In this document: positions 56,001 to 64,000 of the stretch, piece after piece | Numbering within the stretch: position 1 is the first letter of the stretch | Layout: every line of letters begins with the position of its first letter | Source of the DNA: Macrostomum hystrix | Taxonomy: Eukaryota > Animalia > Platyhelminthes | Length of the DNA stretch: 64,000 nucleotides | Assembly (NCBI GenBank): GCA_950097015.1 | Contig: CATNEN010000039.1 | Location: 20,770,001-20,834,000 of the forward strand | Direction of reading: 5' to 3' | Program-made: the position numbers and the translations under genes | Notes under the pieces: generated by a model | What the model was told of the DNA's origin: nothing | Database searches by the model: none | What the model saw: the letters and a program-made list of their open reading frames with translations, nothing else

Positions 56001-58696
56001 TTGAAGCTCGCGCAGTTCTAATTCGAGGGGCTTACCTGCACAACCGAGGACAACATTCCAAGGCCAGTTGAGGACGGTGAGCCGTCCCGAGTGACGAACA
56101 AATTCTCCAGCAGTGCCGCCAGCGAAGTAGACTGGCAGCCGATCAAATTCTGATCGTGTTAGCGGTCTGGAGAGCAGCTGCCACGCTGCGACTGATGACG
56201 TGTTCGTCACATTCTTAAGCTGCTGCTGCTGATGTTCCATTTGCTGTTGCTGTTTTTTCTTCGATTGCCTAGATATTGCTGTGTCTTCTGGAAGATTTGT
56301 CTCATTGTTTTCTGTTTCGTTCAGTTTTTCGTCTATCTGTTTATCAACCCTTGTGCTTTCGCCATCATCCTGGAATGGCCGCAGTTCGAACGGCTGGTGG
56401 GTGACTATGAACTGCTCCGGGTCTGTCATAAAAAAGAACTCGCTCGCGTCGTTGTCCCCGTCAGCAGTCTGGGCGGCCCAGCTGATGTCAACGAGGCGCC
56501 ATTCGCCGCAGACGTAGCAGGCGAACCAACAGCCGCCTAACGGGGTGCGAAAACCCGGCGCCAGGCCGACGCCCTTCTTGAAGCCGACGATTCGCTCAAA
56601 CGGAACACCGGCCTCGCTGCCATCAAGGTCGGAAATTTTTGGTTTTGGTATTTGTGATTTTCTTCTCTACAAAATACACATGACAAAAACTACACAGCCT
56701 AGAAAGATACTCGATAAGTACTCGTATATTGAGCATCAATACTTTAGATGACCTTTTTGAAGATAATGTCCTGTTAGACACTACAAATGATAACCCATTT
56801 AATAATAATAATAATTGCAGGAGGGCTGCGGATAAGAGCATATCATTTGGTGACACTAGACCCGCAGCCAGCGGGGAGGCAATTCTGCCCATTTCGCTGA
56901 CTCCTGAGCACACACCACCTAGATACTGTTCACAGTCACAAGCTCAAACTTTATGCCCTTTCTCAAGGTCAGGCGTGAATTGCAAGCCCCCAAGCCTTCC
57001 TTCTTTCTGTGGCTGCGCACCAAATGAGTATGGCCTCGCTGCGTAATCGAGCTCAGGGACCTTGATGCGAGAGGTAAACGCGTTAGACCGCTCTACCACT
57101 TACCCCCATGATGACCTGTTACGAATATAATAAACGTGAAGCATAGAACAGCAAATAACAAAACGCGACTCCAAATTCCAAGCTAGGGGAGTCACCTGAG
57201 CAGTCTAGCAAACACAGTCGAGTGCCTGTCCACTCCGCTGCTGCTACCGGACTCAGCCAATCGGCGCAGGGTTCGATAGACCGGCGACTCGAGCCCGGCA
57301 TCGGCCTTGATCAACTTGGCACGCCCGGAAACGGACATCGCAAGCACAAACGCGAAGGCCGCACGCAGTCGTTTCAAGTCGTCGTCGCAGCCGCGATAAA
57401 GCCGTCGGCACAGCGTCGACCAGTCGTCGTTTGGCACCGGCAGTTCGGATTGCGCCTGAGCGTCGACTGACGAAAACTCAACGCCGCGAAGCAGCTCCGC
57501 TTTCGAACGTCTCGATGGAAATGGAGACGGCGTCGGCGACGAGTGTTTGTGCGAATCGGGAGCGCGTGGCGCTTCACCCAGGCTGTCCCGAGTGGCGGCC
57601 AGACTCTGCGGTGTCGGGTACTGTCCCGACTGCAGGCGCTCCTGGGTGACGCCGGCATCTGGCAGTAGGTAGTCCTCCAGAGGAAGCTCCGCTTCTGCTC
57701 GCCTGAGTAATGTTACAATAGAAAGACCACCTGGGATAGACCACTGGGGGTATTTCAAATACCCACTGCCTACTTCACGATAACTCCCAAAACCGAATGA
57801 TCGATTTTCGTGAAATTCCACCATATGGATCAAAGTTTACTGCCCTTTAACGACCAATCAATTTTCAAATCCGTCCAACAGCAGCATCGTTGAGATATTC
57901 ATCGATTCGTCTCGAAGACCATAATCAACAATTACAGCCGACATTGTTGCGTGACGAAACTCCGTGAACATAAAATTTCTGTCTATATTGGTCGTTTTTG
58001 CCACCAGACACCCCGACTAGTTTTTTTATCGGATAAAGTGGAAAATTTTAGCCATGTTCCGGCGAGTGGTTGAATATTTTAGGAGATACAGAAAAAAGAA
58101 AATGTGGGTATTTGAATTACCCTGCTGTGTTCTTTATACTGTTAATGGCGGATTTAAAAGGTCGTATGTTCGAATCCCAACCCGATCTCCTCGATGATCA
58201 CAAACCTGAGAAAGCACAATGAAATTCAGGGCAGATTGATTCCTGTTTTAATTGTGATTTTTCAAGGATTTCTTAAATGCCTAGTGATAGTTAGAGCGTT
58301 GGACTCACGACTGAAAGGTCGGGGGTTCGATTCCCAACTCCCCTGGAACACTTGTTGTTCGTTAGCAAGACACTTAACTCTGCATTGCTTCAGTTCACCC
58401 AGCTGTTAAATGGTTACCACCATCAGCTGGGGTAGTTGAGGGTGGGTGTGGCGTCCCCCCAGTCCATGGACTGAACAGCCGTACGCAGTCTTCAGATGCG
58501 CCGCGCAATAGCTGCGGCTGTGCTGTCGGCTGCAAATCTGGCCCAATTGGGGCAAATGTAATCAATAATAATTATTGTTAATCATTATATTACCGAGTCG
58601 AGTGATATTTTTTACTTGGCCGATATTTCCGCACACATTTAATTGAAATGCTTACCTGTACCGTCGATAATAGCTCAGCTTTTGTAGGAATGACAT
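53100..58696 (-). CDS. KY/hillarin-type transglutaminase-like pseudo-enzyme with C-terminal dynein-MTBD-like domain, 6 exons, ~1,092 aa
   Basis: Exons 58696-58656, 57702-57196, 56616-54599, 54383-54061, 53841-53671 and 53318-53100 join in phase. KY-family motifs LKRLRAAFAFV, AGVPFERIVGFKKG, GEWRLVDISWAA, EFFFMTDPEQFIVTHQP, WQLLSRPLTRSEFDRLP. C-terminal exons are paralogous to 45614-47411. Confidence 0.8.
53383..53550. mobile_element. MITE-like family C, internally deleted left part (intronic)
   Basis: cacgggggtatttcaaata, gattttcatgaaattccacc, cagcatcgtcgaggtattcag. Confidence 0.65.
56801..57107 (-). mobile_element. SINE family A copy (intronic)
   Basis: (AAT)n, ggtgacactagacccgcagccagc, catttcgctgactcctgagcac and head ...accgctctaccact. 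Confidence 0.82.
57742..58140. mobile_element. MITE-like family C, most complete copy (~390 bp)
   Basis: Imperfect inverted ends cactgggggtatttcaaatacccac and gtgggtatttgaattaccctgctgtg; exact termini and TSD unresolved. Confidence 0.72.
58279..58580 (+). mobile_element. CORE-like SINE family B copy
   Basis: B box ggttcgattcc, gcaagacacttaac...cagttcacccagctg, and 3' part matching the reverse complement of 33740-33860. Confidence 0.85.
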
Positions 58697-60004
58697 CTCA
58701 AGTTACACAAAATTTAGTACTACGCAAACATTGAGAGATTGAGACATTGAGACAGCATTCTCTGTCGGTTTGTCAGTCTTTTAATTCTTCCGTTACCTGT
58801 GGTTGCTATGCGAAAAAATGATTTATAAAGAACTTGAGTTTAGCAACAAAAAGTCGCGAGGTAGAGAAAACGGAGAGACACGGGTGTACTGAGTTTTAAT
58901 CTTGAACATCTTTATCGCCAAGCCGCACTCATTCTGTTCTTAATGAGTACACAGCCAGCGAATGCAGACAATTACTGAGGCCAATTCTTATCTGAGCACA
59001 CGCAAAGATTATTGATTCGCTTAACCTGAAAGCAGGTAGTTAGTTATAACGTAGATTGCGTACGAAATTATTAATTATTGAAAAACGTAGGACTTTTGTT
59101 TGTTGAAAAAAGTATTGTAAATTTATCAATTTTATTTTTTTGCCTATTTGAAAGTGTTCCACAGTGATAGTGTTAGTATTTTACAGTATGCGATATAATA
59201 GGAGGTTATCTTATTGATTTACAAAGTTCTTTCATGAAGAATATTTTAATTAAAAATGCTCTTTTACCTCATCCATGCATGGACGAAAAATCCTGTCCAA
59301 TAAAACAATCTTATTTCATTAAGCAGCTTGGCTCAGCACCATTGGTTTACAATGCAGGATCTTTATGAGTCATTCCATGTAAAATATAGTTAGCATTAAA
59401 GAGCGATTTAAACATTTACGCTCGAAAAAAGCAATATTTTGATAACAAGAAGGTCGAAATTTCACAGACATCGATCGTTGTACTCGTAGCTTTTTGACTT
59501 TGTTAAAAATGGCTTATTGTTGAGGTTTTGTATGGCTGGTGCAAAATATGTGGAGTTAAAAGTTTTGAGACCAAAAAATGCGGACGGAAGTGACGATTGC
59601 TACGAGCTAGATGAGCGACTGCTTCTAAACCAGTTCTAGTGTTAAATTCAAGCTTCAGTTAGTGAGGATGTGAAATCTAATTGCACAATTTTAAATACAC
59701 TAGCTCGTGAAACTGAGTAGCAAAATACGAGCGTATTTAGCTGTTAAAATTTCTAGACATAACAAGCATTTAAAACACGATTAAGAACAAAAATATTGAC
59801 GAAAACTAGTGCTAGGATACATTTGACCTCAAAACTGTAACGCCGTTTGTAACGTACCGTGAGGGGTAATTCACAGGTACAGGCCGTGCAGCCTCAAGTG
59901 AAGAACAAACGTTTTGCCGTGCAGATTCAGGGCAGTTTTACACACCTGTGTTTACCTGTGTCATCGTGTCTGTGCTTATGAGGCCGCTGACACCATTCGA
60001 TAAA

Positions 60005-63000
60005 TCACATGATCGATTCTCGAGTGGATTGAACTCGCGACCTTGAAGTCACGTGACCATTATTTCCATTCCCTTGCAAAGCGACATATCCGTCTCCGTC
60101 GGCGGCATCTGGCTCGGCGGCTGGCTGCAGGCGCTGCTCAGCCTCGAGTCCCAGCAGGACGGACTCAACTCGGCTGAGGGCGGCGATGCCGGTGAACCAG
60201 ACCCGGGACCGGCAGAAGCCGAGCATGGTAATGAGGGCCAGCACGAAGGCGCAGGAGAGCAGCCAGCCGATGCAGAAGCACATGATGCTGAGCGGCTTCA
60301 GCAGGAGGCTGCACGGCAGGTGCACAGCGTCGGTGTAGATGCTGTGCAGCTGCTGGCATCTGACCACTGAGCTGAGAAACCTGACGCCGACATGTTTGCC
60401 GATTTCTACAGACTCGTTCAGCGTTCCAATCATGATGTACCGCTGGTATTGCGCGGCAGCGGTCTGCACCCACAGGGTTCGGTTCAGCAGGTAGACATCC
60501 AGATTCTGGGGGATTGAAATTGGTTTAATTCGCCTTAATGTCGGTAAAACCTAATTAAGAGTACAAATATGTACATTTTTTCAATGAATCTCTTCTCTCT
60601 TGTACGTCTCTTTTGCCATAGTCATTCTCACACTTCATTCTCAAAGTCATTCTCTCAGCGAGAGGCACCCATTTCTCTGACTCCTGAGCACACACGCACA
60701 CATGCAGATACCGTACTCACACAGGTGTGTACCTCTTATCTGCTTTGAAACTATCATAGTCAGGCACTGTACACTTTCCACTGTACACGCTCACTGTGCC
60801 TTGGAGGTTGGCCTTCAAGGGCGTAAATTGCACGACAAGCCCCCAAGCGTTCTTTCCGCGGCTGCGCCCCAAATAAATGTGGCCTCGTCGAGGAATCGAG
60901 TTTATTGTACAGCTGTTCAGTCCATGGACAGCAGCATTAAGTGTCTTTAAATGCAGCATCAAGTGTCTTTCTACAAGACACAAATAGTTCCAGTGGAGTC
61001 GGGAATCGAACCCCCGACCTTCAAGTCGTCAGTCCGACTACAACCCCCTATAATATAATACTGCATAATAAAATGAGAAGTATGCAAAAATAGATAAAAA
61101 AATCCAGTTATCAAATCAAAGTTACCTCGCTACCAATAATCACTTGATCAATCACAGAATTGACGTCTTTCTCAGCCTCCAGCTTTAGCATTGTAGCGCC
61201 GCACTCGCTGGCATATCGGCTCAGATAGTCCACAGCGAGAAGACTGCGAACTATGTTGCGCGTGTTCATGGCTGACAGCTGCTTGGAGCTGCTCTCCGAG
61301 CCCGGCAGGAGCTCGTCAACGCGCTTGTTGAGTCGGGCGAACGACTCTAAGCTGGCTTCGAGCTCAGCCGCGTTGACACCTCGCGGCCTGAGACGCCGGT
61401 GCAGCTTGGCAAAGTCTGTCGAGGTGTATGAGCGAAAGAACGGCTTGAGATTTTGCAGGTCCTCTTTCATTTTGTTATCTCGCAGTTGGTCCAAGTTTAC
61501 GCTCTGCATCTCGCGAATCAGGATACCGAGACCCTTGGCCTGAAACGCCTTTGTCTCCTCTGTCTTGTCTAAAGCAGCCTCGTCTATGTAGCGAACGCTT
61601 CCCAGAGCAACAAGCAGTGGAAGGTCTTCTTGACACGAGTTCTGTATGGCCGATAGCAATGAGCCAACAGCAGTGATTGGGATCTGAGTGGCCTTCGTAT
61701 CTGCAGCAGTCTGAGCACGGATCTTCGAGAGTACACTGTTCACTTCCGGCACGAGGAACTCGTCGGCCTTAGTGCGATTGACAGGTGACTGGACGTCCCA
61801 CAGGTAGCGACAGACTTCCGCCTGCAGTATCGCCGTGGCAGTGTACAGCACTGTATTCAGCATTATGGCCGCTGCAATGAGCCAGAAGCTGCTCAAATAC
61901 AGAGTTCCGACATAGTACCTTGTTCGAGAGCCTGTATTCATTGACTTAAGCACAAGCGGAGCCACTCCAGCAGCCAGTGCGAGCATGCATATTAGAAACA
62001 TCAGCAGCAGAGCCAGTGTGATTACAAATCGAGCATTCTCCGGACCCGAAGTCAAGTTGATGTATGAGTTTGAGAACTGCCGCCGAATGAGGCTGAGATT
62101 GTTCCTGACGGTAACCAGCTGGCCCTGCAGCTCGATCAGCTGCGATTCAATCGACTCAACCAAGAACTCCGTTGAGTTCAGCTCTCGATCAAAGACGCTG
62201 CTAATGTTGGCGTTCATTTCTTCACCAACGCGCAGCTTCTGCTGGCGAATCTCCAGCTGACGCGCTGGGGTGTTTCCGCTGCCGTCCAGAGCTCCGACGA
62301 GCTGGTAGACTAGCTTCGTGATGTTCTTAGCATGCGCTTCCACACTGCTTGATTGGCCTTCATCGGCGGATGATGTCGAATTGGCCGTCGTCCAGTCATC
62401 CGTGATTGACCGCACCGCAAGGACCAGCTTCAATGCGGCCTGACTGTGGCTTGAGCACAAATTGTCACTACCATTGTAGTACCTGCGACACGTTTCCTCA
62501 TAGGCAAAGAATTGCACATTTCTGAGATCGCTCAAAGCTGACTGCAGAATCTCCAGTGTCGAGCTGAGGTTTTTGCCGGAGTAGTAGAAGTCGCTCATTC
62601 GTCGCAACAGCTCATCGGAGACAACCAGCAGCTGTGCTGCTCCAGTAGTTTGCTTGAAGCCGGCCTCGTACTCTGCCTGGGCGCGTGACTTCAGCCGGTC
62701 TGTGAGCCTCTGTGCCTCCTGCACCACTGGCGCCGCCTCAGAACGAATCTGATTGTTCAGGCCGGCTAGGAATGCGTCAACTTTTCCCAGCAGGAGGTCG
62801 ACACCCTGCGACAGACTGTTGCCATTCGACTCGGACGGGCTGGTTGCTAGGCTGTGATGAATGCGAAAGTTCGCCGCCGAAGCTAGGATCATCGCCATTA
62901 GGGTGGCAATGAGCAGAAGCAGGCACAGCACTGCCAGGCCGCAGGAGACCGACTTGGCGTGGCCAGATTCTCGCACGTGCCGACGCCGCAGCGCCGAGAT

Positions 63001-63321
63001 GGAGGCGTAGGAGCCGGGGTTGCTGCGGCTCACGCGATCCCTTCTGACGGTACGCCAGGCGCAGCCAAACAGGCACAAACCAAACAGCACCAGGACCAGG
63101 GCGCTCAGGCCTGCCAGTACTAGCATGGCAACGCTGCTGCCAGCGAAGATGCGGCCTGGTAGGGCGTTCAGCAGGGCGTCTCTGGCGGCCGCTGTGCCAT
63201 TGTTCAGCAGCGTCTGTAGCAGGCGTCGCTCGCCTAGCAATCGGAAGAAGCCGCCGTCGAATGGTCGGCCGCTGTTCATCAAAGCCTTGGCTGCTGTGTG
63301 GATGGCGAGCTCCATCTTTCC
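60005..63321 (-). CDS. Prominin-like multi-pass membrane protein (5' end possibly incomplete)
   Basis: Exons 63321-61126 and 60505-60005 (phase 0). Five hydrophobic segments with two long helical loops. Cys pattern after TM1 (LCLFGC), EVCRYL, and RCQQLHSIY...PCSLLLKPL before the last TM, as in prominins. Confidence 0.72.
60655..61048 (-). mobile_element. Adjacent SINE A body (60655-60900) and SINE B fragment (60908-61048) in the prominin-like intron
   Basis: SINE A body ends at its B box (aggaatcgag), followed by cagctgttcagtccatggac and gggaatcgaacccccgaccttcaag from family B. Confidence 0.75.
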
Positions 63322-64000
63322 CTGTCAGTGCGTCTCTCTCAGAGCAAGTCTACCACACTTTGATGAGTCTTGGATATTACGAGTACTTACGGCAGAACTC
63401 GTCTCTGTTGTTTTAGCTCGGGTACAGCTCACTCAAAAGAACTATGCTGATGCTGTAGCCTATGCTGAGCACTTGGAAAACCTTAAAATATATTTCAGTA
63501 CGAATATAAGCTCTCCATATTTAGTCGCCAGCATAGCACAGGGTCGCAGGGGGATCAAACCCACGCGAGACAGAGAAAAATAGACGAAGTGGAAAGAGAG
63601 GAAAGGAGAAATCTGATAGGAATTCTGCATTGGTGCATTCGTATTGTGCGATGAGGGTGGGTCTAGCACAGAATAGGCCAACGGGGCGGGTGCTTTGCAC
63701 ATTTATACTCAATGGAGAGAAGTCCTGTGCACAATGACACGCCTAGCTCGTTATTAGTCAGACCAGGCCATTAGACAGACTCATCACGTGAGCCTTCCAA
63801 ACACAGAGTCGCTCCAAACCACACCACAGAACACCATTGCGCTCCTATAACTTCTCAAGCTTGCGTAGCTGTTGACTCAATTGTCTAGCAGGTAATAAGA
63901 TTGAGTCGGGTGGTTCAGATCGCCAACGAGCGTCCTAAAGGCGTTCGTTGCACCGAATCACTGTTTTCTTACAAACCCACGCACACAGTGATTAACTGTA

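Noticed and set aside
57730-57833. N-terminus of the 213-aa ORF (MIHMVEF...YPQW)
   Set aside because: Encoded by the MITE-like element; the phase-compatible acceptor is at 57702.

Overview
This is eukaryotic (animal) genomic DNA, most consistent with a free-living flatworm such as Macrostomum. That assignment is an inference from an EF-hand+DLC 'TAL' gene, GC-rich exons in AT-rich DNA and dense minisatellites. I assembled 11 protein-coding genes by hand using GT-AG phase matching, 10 of them on the minus strand: two tandem hnRNP L/PTB-like 4-RRM genes, a 4-exon TNF-superfamily ligand not visible as a single ORF, a coiled-coil orphan, a miniaturised catalytically dead M13 (neprilysin-like) protein, TIPRL/TIP41, an intronless S10 serine carboxypeptidase, a TAL protein (+ strand), two tandem paralogs, and a prominin-like gene. 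The two paralogs share a C-terminal domain resembling the dynein heavy-chain microtubule-binding domain. One carries about 1,000 aa of acidic 10-aa repeats and the other a degenerate KY/hillarin-type transglutaminase domain. Non-coding content: a 2.5-kb TA-flanked CACTA/EnSpm-like element with a DUF4806/BEN-like remnant, two tRNA-headed SINE families (one CORE-like), a MITE-like family and about 14 minisatellite arrays. No prokaryotic systems or CRISPR arrays are present. All domain calls are by-eye motif recognition, not database searches.
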